DNA of 62,192 nucleotides, filler included, from an uncultured bacterium (GCA_964371695.1; 13 parts of 13 records of this genome joined end to end with filler, not necessarily neighbours in it), one strand, 5' to 3'; shown: positions 1 to 9,194, numbered from the whole stretch's first letter. The notes: a model not told the origin generated them from the letters alone. Made by a program: numbers and translations.

Positions 1-2
1 AA

Positions 3-464
3 AACGGCAAAAAAATCAAACCGGCCCCCACCCCCGGCGTGCGTTATTACATTCTGGACCGCGACGGCCTGCTGCTGAGCGTGCGATCGGGGCCGTGGAA
101 AGACCGGCTGGTGGAGTTTGTGGGCACCAACCTGAAAGAAGCCCGGATAGGCGAAAAAGTGGTGGTGGGTCACCTGGAAACATTGCTGAAGGCCGTGCAG
201 GCTGGTGAACATTACACCCCCGGTCAGGTGGCCCGGTTTGAGCTGGAAAAAGGCGCACGGGTGGTGCTGGTGACCAACGAGGGCCTGCCGGTGCGCCTGG
301 GGCGGGTGGACACCGTGATGGAAAAAATCCCCTATCTCAGAGACCTGCTGATCCAGGTGAAAGCAGAACAGAACCGCACCGGGGCGCGGGTGAAGGAAGT
401 GGATTTTTCCAACCCCGATTATCCCCACCTGAAAATGGACCGCCCCGTGCAGCCGGGGAACTGA
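3..464 (+). CDS. Cell division protein FtsQ/DivIB-like, C-terminal part (5' truncated)
   Basis: Frame open from the contig edge; YYILDRDGLLL ... VRLGR ... KEVDFSNPDYP resembles the FtsQ C-terminal beta domain. Confidence 0.5.
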   Translation, partial: NGKKIKPAPTPGVRYYILDRDGLLLSVRSGPWKDRLVEFVGTNLKEARIGEKVVVGHLETLLKAVQAGEHYTPGQVARFELEKGARVVLVTNEGLPVRLGRVDTVMEKIPYLRDLLIQVKAEQNRTGARVKEVDFSNPDYPHLKMDRPVQPGN

Positions 465-493
465 CAACCAACGGCAGGCGCTACAATGCCCCC

Positions 494-1717
494 ATGGGGC
501 AGCAACGGCTGGAACAAAAGGCCCTGGCGCTGCTCCTCCACAACCGGCGCACGGCGCAAACCGACGGCCACACGCACACCTTCACCTGCCCGTCGCCGCA
601 AATCTATCCCTGGCAGTGGTTGTGGGACAGTTGTTTCCACGCCTGGGTGCTGCGGTGGCTGGACCCCCGACAGGCCCAGGGGGAATTGCTCTCACTGTTG
701 AGCGCCCAGTGGCCCGATGGCCGGGTGCCCAACATGGCCCACATCGGTTTCACCTGGCGTTTTGACCGCCTGATACACGGCACGGGCACGAACACCAGCG
801 GCATCACACAGCCCCCGCTCATCGCCCCGGCGGCCATGGCGGTTTATGCGGCAAATCCTGACCCGTCCTTTTTGCGCGAGGTGTTCGCGCCGCTGAACCG
901 TTTTGACCACTGGCTGCGGACACACCGCGAGGTGGACAGGGACGGCCTGATTTATATCTGGCACCCCTGGGAAAGCGGCATCGACAACTCCCCCCGGTGG
1001 GACACCGTGTTTGGCATAAAACGTTTTAACCGGCGGGTTTATGACCTGCAAAAGGGCGCGCTCATGATGCGCTTCAACCTGTTGGGTTATGACAATCACA
1101 CCATGGCGAAAGCGAGTTTCTTCAAGGTCAAGGCTGTGGACATGAACTGTTATTACCACGCCCACTTGAGCGCCATGGCCGAAATGTCGCAGGTGCTGGG
1201 AGAAAAAGCCCTGGCGCGGCAATATCACCACAGGGCCGAAAAAACCGGCGGCGCCATCCGGCGGATTCTCAAAAAACCGGGGAGTGGTTTCCGCTGCCGC
1301 CATTATCCCGGCGGGGCTTTTCTGGACGTGGCCACACCCTTTGCCTTTTTGCCGCTGTGGGCTGGCCTGCTGGACAAAACCGAGGCGGCGGCGGTGGTGC
1401 AGGAACTCACCGATACCAGCCGTTTCTGGCCCGATTATCCCGTGCCCACCACCGCCATGGATGAACCGGCCTTTGACCCCACGGGTTATTGGCGCGGCAC
1501 CGTGTGGATGAACATCAACTGGATGCTCACCGGCGGACTGTGGCGTTATGGTTATAAGGATTTTGCGCGGGAACTGGCGGCAAAAAGCGTGGCGCTGGTG
1601 CAAAAGAGCGGGTTGCGGGAATATTACAACCCCCTCACCGGCGAGGGCCTGGGGGCGGAGGACTTCGGCTGGTCCACACTGGTGGTGGACATGCAGCGCG
1701 AAGGGTGGGTGTCATAG
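494..1717 (+). CDS. GH63/MGH1-like (alpha/alpha)6 glycoside hydrolase (glucosyl/mannosylglycerate hydrolase or trehalase-like)
   Basis: Motifs YPWQWLWDSCFHA, WESGIDNSPRWD, YWRGTVW, EYYNPLTGEGLG..FGWS; no signal peptide. Confidence 0.85.
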   Translation: MGQQRLEQKALALLLHNRRTAQTDGHTHTFTCPSPQIYPWQWLWDSCFHAWVLRWLDPRQAQGELLSLLSAQWPDGRVPNMAHIGFTWRFDRLIHGTGTNTSGITQPPLIAPAAMAVYAANPDPSFLREVFAPLNRFDHWLRTHREVDRDGLIYIWHPWESGIDNSPRWDTVFGIKRFNRRVYDLQKGALMMRFNLLGYDNHTMAKASFFKVKAVDMNCYYHAHLSAMAEMSQVLGEKALARQYHHRAEKTGGAIRRILKKPGSGFRCRHYPGGAFLDVATPFAFLPLWAGLLDKTEAAAVVQELTDTSRFWPDYPVPTTAMDEPAFDPTGYWRGTVWMNINWMLTGGLWRYGYKDFARELAAKSVALVQKSGLREYYNPLTGEGLGAEDFGWSTLVVDMQREGWVS

Positions 1718-1780
1718 CGCATTCTCTTGAAGTTTGCAGACATGGCGCAGCAGCGATGCCCGCATTGCCGTTTTGCCTCA

Positions 1781-1807
1781 GCGCGGTGAGGACACCGCGC
1801 CTACTCC
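1781..1807 (-). repeat. GTAG-type REP palindrome
   Basis: Minus strand reads GGAGTAG-GCGCGGTG-TCCT-CACCGCGC; related copies near 23629, 23855, 23918, 58871, 61839 and 62138. Confidence 0.75.
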
Positions 1808-1818
1808 ATAAATTTCAT

Positions 1819-2301
1819 GTGAATGCGTCGGCCCTTCTTTGCCGATGCCTGCTGGTGCTCGCGGCCTGCCTGGGCATTGGTTTTTGCGAGCCTGCGTCTG
1901 CGCAAACCACGCTGGCTTTCACCCAAGATTTTCTGGCCGTGCTGAATCCTGAGCGCAAAGCCGCTGGTCTGGGGCTGCTTTCTGAGAGCAAAGTGCTGGG
2001 CCGTGCGGCACAGTCCCAGGCCGCCGCCATGGCGCGACACAACCGTCTCGAAAAAAATCTGGACGGTTACACCCCCTTTGACCGTTTGCAGGAAGAAGGT
2101 TACGTCTGGTTCAGCGCCACCGCGCTGATTTCAAATGGCGGCAAAAAAGACTCGCCACCCAAGCTGGCGACGCGGCTGCTGGCCCAGTCCCCAAAAAAAA
2201 CTGCCCTGCTGAGCGGGTATTTCACCGAGGCCGGCGTGGGCGGCGTGAAAGACAACAAGGGCCGGTGGTGGTGGGCGGTTTTCCTCGCCGCGCCGGACTG
2301 A
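1819..2301 (+). CDS. Secreted CAP/SCP-domain protein
   Basis: Signal peptide ending ASA; LNPERKAAGLGLL..L.RAAQSQAAAMA, TPFDRL..EGY, FTEAGVG..WWAVFL. Start set at GTG 1819 because the longer ORF runs through a REP. Confidence 0.75.
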   Translation: MNASALLCRCLLVLAACLGIGFCEPASAQTTLAFTQDFLAVLNPERKAAGLGLLSESKVLGRAAQSQAAAMARHNRLEKNLDGYTPFDRLQEEGYVWFSATALISNGGKKDSPPKLATRLLAQSPKKTALLSGYFTEAGVGGVKDNKGRWWWAVFLAAPD

Positions 2302-2310
2302 CCTGTTCCG

Positions 2311-2340
2311 CCGTCACTCCCGCGAAAGCGGCAGTCCAGT
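2311..2340 (+). repeat. GTCATTCCCGCGAAAGCGGGAATCCAG-type REP-like palindrome
   Basis: CCGTCACTCCCGCGAAAGCGGCAGTCCAGT; minus-strand copies at 8163-8192 and 20446-20475. Confidence 0.75.
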
Positions 2341-2480
2341 TGAAATTAAAACATCACACCTTTTTCTGTTCTCTTTCAGTGGGGCGGGGGGGCCCCCCCC
2401 CCCATTTAAAAAAAAGGTTTTTTTTTGGCTTTTTTTTAGGGGGGGGGGGGCGGCCNNNNNNNNNNNNNNNNNNNNGTTCA

Positions 2481-2504
2481 GGCGGGCGAGGACGCCCGCC
2501 CCAC
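2481..2504 (-). repeat. GTGG-type REP palindrome
   Basis: Minus strand GTGGGGCGGGCGTCCTCGCCCGCC; related copy at 8801-8823 (GTGGGGCAGGCATCCTGCCTGCC). Confidence 0.7.
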
Positions 2505-2537
2505 TACCAAAAGGAACAAGGTTTGGGCGCGAACCGG

Positions 2538-4376
2538 TCACGCGCCCTTGGCGCTGAGCACGGCGGCTTCGATCACGTCGTCGTGCTCCACAAACCGCAC
2601 CATGGATTGCTCGCTGATCACCTTGAGCATGGCGTTGCGGATGACCACCGTCACGTTGCCGTGACACTTGCCGTGGACTTCCACCGAAGACCGCTGGCCG
2701 GGCACAGCCTCCATCTGCTGGCGCAGGGCCTCGCGCTGGAACTGGAACTGCTTGAGCTTCGCCAGCATCAGGAACTGGCTGCGGGTGGCGGTGATGAACT
2801 TCTGGTGACCGTCAAAACTCAGCTCGCCGTCGCGCTCTTTCTGCTTTTTGAGCGTGGCCACGGTTTTTTCGATTTCTTCACGCCGCCGGGCGATGTCCTT
2901 GGTCAGGCGGTCCATTTCTTCGAGTTCCTTGAAGATTTTGGGTGAGCCGCCCACCTCCACACGGGTGTTGGTGCCCACCGGCCCCCCCAACTGACGAACC
3001 TGCACCACACGGGCCGCACGGGTGATGCCGCCAATGATGGCCCCTTTTTTGCCCATCACCTTCACCGTGCCCAGGGCGCTCAGTTCACAGTTGAGCACAC
3101 TTTCTTCAATGTTCACTTCCTGATCCACAAACACCTTGGCGCTGTCCAGATAACGGGCGCTCAGGTTTTGCTTGCAGTGGATCACCGCCTGCCCCTGCCC
3201 CACCACGCCCGCTTTGATCATGAGGTTGCCGCCCGTCTCGATGCTGGCCGATTCCACCACGCCGCCGATTTCCACGTCTCCCGACGCCTTCACCGAAAAA
3301 CCCGTCAGCACGTTGCCTTGAATGCGCACGTCTCCGAGAAAGCTGACGTTGCCACTGCCGAAATCCACGTCGCCCTTGATTTCCAGCAGAGGCAGAATGG
3401 TGACCCGGCTGGCGGTGAGCTTGGGCTGGCCCGCCTGCGTGGCGACGATTTCGTTGGGGTTGTTGGGGTTGTAGTCCGTGCCCCGCCCGGGGGCGAAAAG
3501 CACGTCCTTGCCATCGCGCACGGCCACGTCCTGGCCCCGCAGGCTTTTGCCCGCCACGCCCTGTGTGGGGGGGGTTTTTCGGGCCAGCACCGTGCCGATG
3601 GGCACGCTTTCGATCAGGTTCAGTTCGCGCATGTTGACCGTGCCGTCTTCGTTCGCGGTGGGCCGGGCGCGACGCTGCGCGATGTCAAAGGTGTATTCCA
3701 CCCACGCGTCACGGCCCTCCACCGGTGTGATGCCACGGGCCACCACGGTGGGTTCTTCAAAACGGCCCTGGGCCACCATTTCGGCCACCATGGCCTTGTC
3801 CAGACCATAAGCAATGCCCTTGGCCAGGATGTCCTCAATCACCTGCTCCACCGTGAGCGTGAGGCCGCCGTGGGGCCGGGTGAGGGTGAGGGAGGCCTCG
3901 ATCCAGTCGTTGCCGATGTCCACTTTGGCCTGCATGTCCACCCGTGTGCCCACCACGGTGAAACCGGTTTTTTCGGTGCTGCGCAGCAGTCGCAGCATCG
4001 CGTCCTGATCCAGCAAAAAGTCGCTGGCGCCCAGTTCGTGAATGCGGTCCAGCACGGCGGTGATTTCGGGCATCTTGCCGCCGGGCATGGGGGGAATCAC
4101 GCTCAGTTGCACCTCAAGCCCATCGGGCGACATGAGCAGCACAAACCGGCCATCCTTGCGCTCTGGCTGGGGGGGGGCCACCAGCGCCCTGGCTGAGAGC
4201 ACACCCACGGCCTCGCGCACGGCGGCCTGGTCCAGATTCTCGACGGGCAGCGTGAGCAGGTGCCGCACCAGGGCCGGCATGAAATCGGGCAGACCCACCA
4301 CGTCCTTGGCGGTTTCCAGATTCAGGAACACCCCTTTGTCGGTTTGGGTGACCTGGACGTATTTCTCCATATCCAT
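2538..4376 (-). CDS. FapA/DUF342 family protein, paralog 1
   Basis: VDFGSGNVSFLGDVRIQGNV..GFSVKASGDV beta-helix, GAIIGG, C-terminal coiled coil; two FapA_N-like units. Confidence 0.9.
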   Translation of the reverse strand: MDMEKYVQVTQTDKGVFLNLETAKDVVGLPDFMPALVRHLLTLPVENLDQAAVREAVGVLSARALVAPPQPERKDGRFVLLMSPDGLEVQLSVIPPMPGGKMPEITAVLDRIHELGASDFLLDQDAMLRLLRSTEKTGFTVVGTRVDMQAKVDIGNDWIEASLTLTRPHGGLTLTVEQVIEDILAKGIAYGLDKAMVAEMVAQGRFEEPTVVARGITPVEGRDAWVEYTFDIAQRRARPTANEDGTVNMRELNLIESVPIGTVLARKTPPTQGVAGKSLRGQDVAVRDGKDVLFAPGRGTDYNPNNPNEIVATQAGQPKLTASRVTILPLLEIKGDVDFGSGNVSFLGDVRIQGNVLTGFSVKASGDVEIGGVVESASIETGGNLMIKAGVVGQGQAVIHCKQNLSARYLDSAKVFVDQEVNIEESVLNCELSALGTVKVMGKKGAIIGGITRAARVVQVRQLGGPVGTNTRVEVGGSPKIFKELEEMDRLTKDIARRREEIEKTVATLKKQKERDGELSFDGHQKFITATRSQFLMLAKLKQFQFQREALRQQMEAVPGQRSSVEVHGKCHGNVTVVIRNAMLKVISEQSMVRFVEHDDVIEAAVLSAKGA

Positions 4377-4574
4377 AAGAGGGAGGGATTTTACACCAAC
4401 CGCGCCGTCAGAAAAGCGTCAAATCAAAAGACCCACCGGGCCAGCCTTGCCGCCACCCCCTAGGCGCAAATTTTATATGTTTGCGCACGGCGTCAGGCAT
4501 TGAATCGTCTGGAAAAAAGCCTGCCCTGCCTATATTTTCTGGTTCGTCGGTTTCATCCGTGAAACCTTACAATT

Positions 4575-4652
4575 GGCGCGGGTGGTCTTTTGGGAAGGCG
4601 GCAGCACATTGGTGCTGCCGGGCGCGACCAGCGGCGCGGCAGCGCCGGGGTT
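4575..4652 (+). repeat. ~78-bp multi-hairpin intergenic repeat (CGGCAGCAY-ATTG-RTGCTGCCG family)
   Basis: Homologous copies at 14616-14671 (+) and 22031-22108 (-). Confidence 0.75.
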
Positions 4653-4780
4653 GCCGGAATGGCTCAGGTGTTCGCTGGAAGATTGGCCCTCCGTGGCGGC
4701 TGGTTCCAGGGCATCCATCCGTGGATGCCCGTTCGGCGGGCCAGAGCACCAATGTGCTCTGGCAATACCCCGCCTCACCC

Positions 4781-4880
4781 NNNNNNNNNNNNNNNNNNNN
4801 NNNNNNNNNNNNNNNNNNNNNNNNTTAATTAATTAANNNNNNNNNNNNNNNNNNNNNNNNNNNNNNNNNNNNNNNNNNNN
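4781..4880. other. Artificial contig linker N44-TTAATTAATTAA-N44 (first of 12)
   Basis: Identical linkers at 9656-9755, 14516-14615, 19374-19473, 24168-24267, 28941-29040, 33707-33806, 38472-38571, 43237-43336, 47978-48077, 52719-52818 and 57458-57557; stops in all six frames. Confidence 0.99.
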
Positions 4881-4881
4881 G

Positions 4882-5553
4882 GCCTATGACGTGTTCAAAA
4901 AAGCCGTGGCTGCCACCGATTTGCCCGTCACCATCAAAACCCGTCTTGGCCCCAGCCACGAGCACATCAATGTGCTGGAGGTGGCCCAGGCGGCGCAGGA
5001 GGCGGGCATTTCGGCCATTGCCCTGCACGGCCGCACGGTGAGCGACAAGTTCGGGGGCCGGGCGTTGTGGGATTACATCCGCCAGCTCAAAGAGGCGGTG
5101 GAGATTCCGGTGATCGGCAACGGCGACCTGTTCTGTGCTGCGGATATTCAGCGCATGTTGCGCGAAACCGGTTGCGACGCCGTGCTGGTGGCGCGGGGGG
5201 CCATGGGTTATCCGTGGATATTTCGGGAGGCCCGTGCCCTGCTGGCGGGTGAGCCGCTGCCGCTGCCCCCCACGGCGCGGGAAATGCTGGACACCGCCCT
5301 CTCGCACCATCAATTGATGGTGGAAAAATATGGCGATGATCACGGTTCGCGGCAGATGCGTAAGCACTATGGCTGGTATCTGCGGTGTTTTCCCCACGCC
5401 AGTTTGTGGCGGGGGCGATTTATGGAGATGAAGTGTGTGGCAGGGGCCGGTGAACTGATGCGGGAACTATCGGCGGACCTGCACCAGCGGGGCCTGTTGG
5501 ACGAACCAGTCCGCCCCCAGGCCCGGCCAGAGATGTTGGCGGAGATGGCCTGA
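4882..5553 (+). CDS. dusB: tRNA-dihydrouridine synthase (5' truncated)
   Basis: PVTIKTRLG, IALHGRT, IPVIGNGD, GCDAVLVARGAMGYPWIF, MRKHYGWY. Confidence 0.9.
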   Translation, partial: AYDVFKKAVAATDLPVTIKTRLGPSHEHINVLEVAQAAQEAGISAIALHGRTVSDKFGGRALWDYIRQLKEAVEIPVIGNGDLFCAADIQRMLRETGCDAVLVARGAMGYPWIFREARALLAGEPLPLPPTAREMLDTALSHHQLMVEKYGDDHGSRQMRKHYGWYLRCFPHASLWRGRFMEMKCVAGAGELMRELSADLHQRGLLDEPVRPQARPEMLAEMA

Positions 5554-5560
5554 AAAGCCC

Positions 5561-6361
5561 ATGCCGCCCAAAAAAGACAGCCGCACGCAGAACAAACTCA
5601 AGGGACTGGTGCGGGAGCAGTCCCGCGCCGGCAACCGGATGGTGCGCTCGGCGGATCTGCTGGCCGATTCCCGCGGGCCGCGTCTGCCGGTGTTCCGGCG
5701 TTTGCAGGGGCAGATTTCCCGGCTGGTGGTGGTGGCCACCCTGCGGGAGCCAGATTTCAAGAATCTGCTGGTGGACCGTTTTCTGGCGGCGGCGTTGTGG
5801 GATGGAATCGGTATGGCGCTGGTGCTGAACAAGGCCGATCTGCTGGATGACACAGTGCGTGAAAGCGCACGGCGGTGGCAGAAACTCTATGAAAGCCTGG
5901 ATGTGCCGGTGTTGCTGGTGAGCGCCCGGTCAGGTGAAGGCATCGAAAGTCTGAGAGAGCTGATTGCGGCGGAAGACTGCGCCCTGGCGGGGCAGAGCGG
6001 CGTGGGCAAAAGCTCACTCATCAACGCCCTGGCGGGCGGCCCGGTGCAGCGCACGCGTGACCTGGGGCGTGTGTCGGGCAAGGGTCAGCACACCACCATC
6101 CAGCCCGTGCGCCTTCAGGTCAGCCCCGGCGTGTGGGTGTGGGACCTGCCGGGCATCAAATATCTCAAACTGTGGGACATCCCCCGCCAGCAGGTGCGTT
6201 TCTGTTTTCCTGAGTTCGCGGCGCTGAAATGCCGGTTCAACGATTGCCAGCACCAGGGCGAGGCGGGTTGCGCCCTGCCCCAGGCCATTGAAGAGGGCCG
6301 CGTGGACCCGGAGCGGGTGCGCAGTTATCTGTCCATCCTTGACGAATCGCAGGGTTCGTGA
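5561..6361 (+). CDS. rsgA: Ribosome small subunit-dependent GTPase A
   Basis: Circularly permuted G-motifs NKAD, SA, GQSGVGKSSLIN, GQHTT, DLPG; Zn site CRFNDCQHQGEAGC. Confidence 0.9.
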   Translation: MPPKKDSRTQNKLKGLVREQSRAGNRMVRSADLLADSRGPRLPVFRRLQGQISRLVVVATLREPDFKNLLVDRFLAAALWDGIGMALVLNKADLLDDTVRESARRWQKLYESLDVPVLLVSARSGEGIESLRELIAAEDCALAGQSGVGKSSLINALAGGPVQRTRDLGRVSGKGQHTTIQPVRLQVSPGVWVWDLPGIKYLKLWDIPRQQVRFCFPEFAALKCRFNDCQHQGEAGCALPQAIEEGRVDPERVRSYLSILDESQGS

Positions 6362-6438
6362 AAAACCGCCCCAATTGACAAGCGCCGTGCGGCGCGCTTG
6401 CTCTATACTCCGTGGCCGATATCAAGGAGGTCGTTTAC

Positions 6439-7902
6439 ATGTCCACGCCAGTTTCTATCACCGTCGCCAAGGGTGACGGCATCGGCCCGGAAATCATGGA
6501 CGCGTGCCTGCACGTGCTGCAGGAGGCCGGCGCGTCGCTCCACTACGACCTCATCGAGGTGGGCGAGAAGGTTTATCTGAGCGGCAACACGGCGGGCATC
6601 AGCGCCGAGGCGTTTGAAACCATCCGCCGCAACAAGGTGTTCTTCAAGGCCCCCATCACCACGCCCCAGGGCGGGGGTTACAAAAGCCTCAACGTCACCA
6701 CCCGCAAGACATTCGGCCTTTATTGCAACCTGCGGCCCTGCCGGTCGCTGCACCCATTTGTGGACACCAAGCACCCGGTGATGGACGTGGTGATTGTGCG
6801 CGAAAACGAAGAAGACCTTTATGCGGGCATTGAATACCGCCAGTCGCCAGAGGCTTATGCCGCCATCAAGCTCATCACCCGGCCCGGCTGCGAGCGCATT
6901 GTGCGCTACGCCTTTGAATACGCCCGCAAATACAACCGCAAAAAGGTCACCTGCTTCAGCAAAGACAACATCATGAAGTTCACCGACGGCCTTTTTCACA
7001 AAGTGTTCGACGAAATCGCCGCCGAATACACCGACATTGAAAACGAACACTGGATTGTGGACATCGGCGCGGCCAAGCTGGCCGACAGCCCCGAAGCCTT
7101 TGACGTGCTGGTGATGCCCAATCTTTATGGCGACATCCTGAGCGACGTGGCGGCCCAGATATCCGGCTCGGTGGGGCTGGCTGGTTCGGCCAACATCGGC
7201 GAGCAGGTGGCCATGTTCGAGGCCATTCACGGCAGCGCGCCGCGCCGGGCGGGCCAGAACATGGCCAATCCGTCGGGTCTGTTGCAGGGGGGCATTCTCA
7301 TGCTGCTTCACCTGGGCATGGTGGACACCGCCGAGCGGGTGCAGAACGCCTGGCTCAGGACTATTGAAGACGGCGTACACACCTACGACATTTATGCAGA
7401 GGGCAAGAGCACGCAAAAAGTGGGCACCAAAGAGTTCGCCCAGGCCGTGGCCGCCCGTTTGGGCCAGAAGCCCGAAAAACTCGCCGCCGCCAATTTTCAG
7501 GGCGCGGCATCAGACGGCAGTGTCATCAGCACCAAAGGCAGCGCCAGTTACAACCCCCCCACCAGCAAAGACCTGAAAGGCGTGGACGTGTTTGTGCAGT
7601 GGACCGGTGCGGATTTCAACGATCTGGGCAAAAAGATGGAAACCCTGAATGGCGAAGGCCTGAAGCTGCTCATCATCAGCAACCGGGGGCAGAAAATTTA
7701 CCCCGGCGGCGCACGGGAAACTTATGTGACCGACACCTGGATCTGCCGCTACATGGCCGAGCAGGAGGGCGCGAACGTTTCCCACGCCCAGGTGGTGTCG
7801 TTGCTCAGCCGCGTGGACAAGGCCGGTCTGGATTTCGTGAAAACCGAGAACCTCTACACCTTTGACGGCGCAGCGGGTTACACACTGGCCCAGGGGCAGT
7901 AG
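6439..7902 (+). CDS. icd: Isocitrate dehydrogenase (NADP), long C-terminus type
   Basis: GDGIGPEI, KAPITTPQGGGYKSLNV, KDNIMK, NLYGDILSD, MFEAIHGSAP; AAGGAGG RBS at 6424-6430 before ATG 6439. Confidence 0.95.
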   Translation: MSTPVSITVAKGDGIGPEIMDACLHVLQEAGASLHYDLIEVGEKVYLSGNTAGISAEAFETIRRNKVFFKAPITTPQGGGYKSLNVTTRKTFGLYCNLRPCRSLHPFVDTKHPVMDVVIVRENEEDLYAGIEYRQSPEAYAAIKLITRPGCERIVRYAFEYARKYNRKKVTCFSKDNIMKFTDGLFHKVFDEIAAEYTDIENEHWIVDIGAAKLADSPEAFDVLVMPNLYGDILSDVAAQISGSVGLAGSANIGEQVAMFEAIHGSAPRRAGQNMANPSGLLQGGILMLLHLGMVDTAERVQNAWLRTIEDGVHTYDIYAEGKSTQKVGTKEFAQAVAARLGQKPEKLAAANFQGAASDGSVISTKGSASYNPPTSKDLKGVDVFVQWTGADFNDLGKKMETLNGEGLKLLIISNRGQKIYPGGARETYVTDTWICRYMAEQEGANVSHAQVVSLLSRVDKAGLDFVKTENLYTFDGAAGYTLAQGQ

Positions 7903-7966
7903 GAACACGCATAACGTAGCCACAGGCTTCTCGCCAGCGCCAAAGCATGAATGGCCGCCATTTTTA

Positions 7967-8139
7967 CCCTCGCCCCTTTACGGGGAGAGGGTGGTTTCTG
8001 CCATAGCGCAGCGCAGGCAGAAGCCGGGTGAGGGGTTTTAACAAGAAGCAGAAATCCAAATTTCTGTTTGGTTTTTTGCCTAGGTCGAACCCCTCACCCG
8101 GCCCTGCGGGCCACCCTCTCCCCGTAAAGGGGAGAGGGG
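7967..8139. repeat. Inverted doublet of CCCTCACCC..CCCTCTCCCC-N-GGGGAGAGGG palindromic repeats
   Basis: 7967-8035 and 8090-8139 in opposite orientation; other copies at 8704-8752, 20244-20284, 20377-20415, 21943-21983, 22152-22174 and 52821-52871. Confidence 0.85.
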
Positions 8140-8162
8140 AATAAGGTGGTTTTTTATATTGG

Positions 8163-8192
8163 ACTGGATTCCCGCTTTCGCGGGAATGACGG
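8163..8192 (-). repeat. GTCATTCCCGCGAAAGCGGGAATCCAG REP-like palindrome
   Basis: Exact motif on the minus strand. Confidence 0.8.
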
Positions 8193-8249
8193 CGACTTGT
8201 GGGGCCTGACGAGTTTTTTGGGGGTGAGGGAATTCATCAGAACAACCCC

Positions 8250-8648
8250 TCAATCCTTGCAGGCGTCCTCCACGCCGGTCTGGCGCAGGGTGAGCGAACA
8301 CTGGCCCTCGGTGCCCACAAACAGCCACACGTACACCACAGGTTCGTTGTTTTCGATTTGCACGGTGGGCTCGCCGCACTCGCTCTGCACCTGGGCAAAG
8401 GTGGGCAGGGCCTTGACGGCCTCTGGCGTGGGCGGGGGCTGGTCGGGCGTGAGCTTGAGGGAGGGCAGGGTGGCCTGAAGCGCCACCAGGGCGGTTTTGC
8501 ACTTGGCCCGCTTGGCGGCGCGGTCTATGCGCGCGCCTTCTACCGCCCCCTGTTTGTCGCGTTTGCAGCCTGCGGTGGGCAGAAGGGCGAACCCCACCAG
8601 CACCAGGACGGCAAGGGGGTGAAAAAAGAGGCGTTGGTGTCGGGGCAT
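8250..8648 (-). CDS. Hypothetical lipoprotein
   Basis: Hydrophobic signal and lipobox TAGC; three further Cys. Confidence 0.65.
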   Translation of the reverse strand: MPRHQRLFFHPLAVLVLVGFALLPTAGCKRDKQGAVEGARIDRAAKRAKCKTALVALQATLPSLKLTPDQPPPTPEAVKALPTFAQVQSECGEPTVQIENNEPVVYVWLFVGTEGQCSLTLRQTGVEDACKD

Positions 8649-8703
8649 GATGAAGTTTACCGCCCATGCTTGAAAATTTGGTAAGGGAAAAGGCCCCCTT
8701 GTT

Positions 8704-8752
8704 CCCTCTCCCCTTTATGGGGAGAGGGTGGCGCGAAGCGCCGGGTGAGGGG
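8704..8752. repeat. CCCTCTCCCC-N-GGGGAGAGGG palindromic repeat
   Basis: Same family as 7967-8139; shares the flank GGGTTTATTCAAAAG with 21981. Confidence 0.8.
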
Positions 8753-8867
8753 TTTATTCAAAAGTAAAAAAACCAAATAAAGATTTTGTTCTTTTTTTCA
8801 GGCAGGCAGGATGCCTGCCCCACCAAAAACTGGTTTTTTGTTTATGTTTCGCCCTAACACGCTTTTT

Positions 8868-9158
8868 TCACGCCCGTTTGTCCAGGTGGCCGCCGGGGGG
8901 TTCTTCTTCGAGCCAGGTTTCATCGGGATAAAGCGCGCCCTGGGGCCGGGCCGATTTTTTTTCTTCGGTCTGGGCCAGAACAGGCGGCGGGGGAAGGGGC
9001 TGGTTCTGGCCCTGGCCTTTTTTGCGGTGTTCTTCGGGCAGGATGGGGTGAATGAGCTGGGCGAAATCTTCGCCGCCCGTGGCACTGTCCGACTGGGCGC
9101 GGGTTACCGGTGTCTGTGTTGTGGGCCGTGGCTGTATGCGCGACACACCGCCGTCCAT
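8868..9158 (-). CDS. Small hypothetical low-complexity protein
   Basis: 96-aa ORF co-directional with fbaB, ending in GGHLDKRA. Confidence 0.5.
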   Translation of the reverse strand: MDGGVSRIQPRPTTQTPVTRAQSDSATGGEDFAQLIHPILPEEHRKKGQGQNQPLPPPPVLAQTEEKKSARPQGALYPDETWLEEEPPGGHLDKRA

Positions 9159-9194
9159 GCGCCTTTAATTGTAGGACAAGTTCTGAGAGAGGTT

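Noticed and set aside
2385..2475. G/C/A/T homopolymer runs next to an internal N gap (also ~44180-44290)
   Set aside because: Looks like low-quality read ends at scaffold gaps, derived from REP sequence
6375..6409. TTGACA and TATACT upstream of icd as a single promoter
   Set aside because: Spacing is 23 nt, outside the 16-18 range; the -10 may be real but this pairing is not supported
6415..6422. GCCGATAT before icd as a sigma28 -10 box
   Set aside because: No TAAA-like -35 at 15 nt, and it abuts the RBS of a TCA gene
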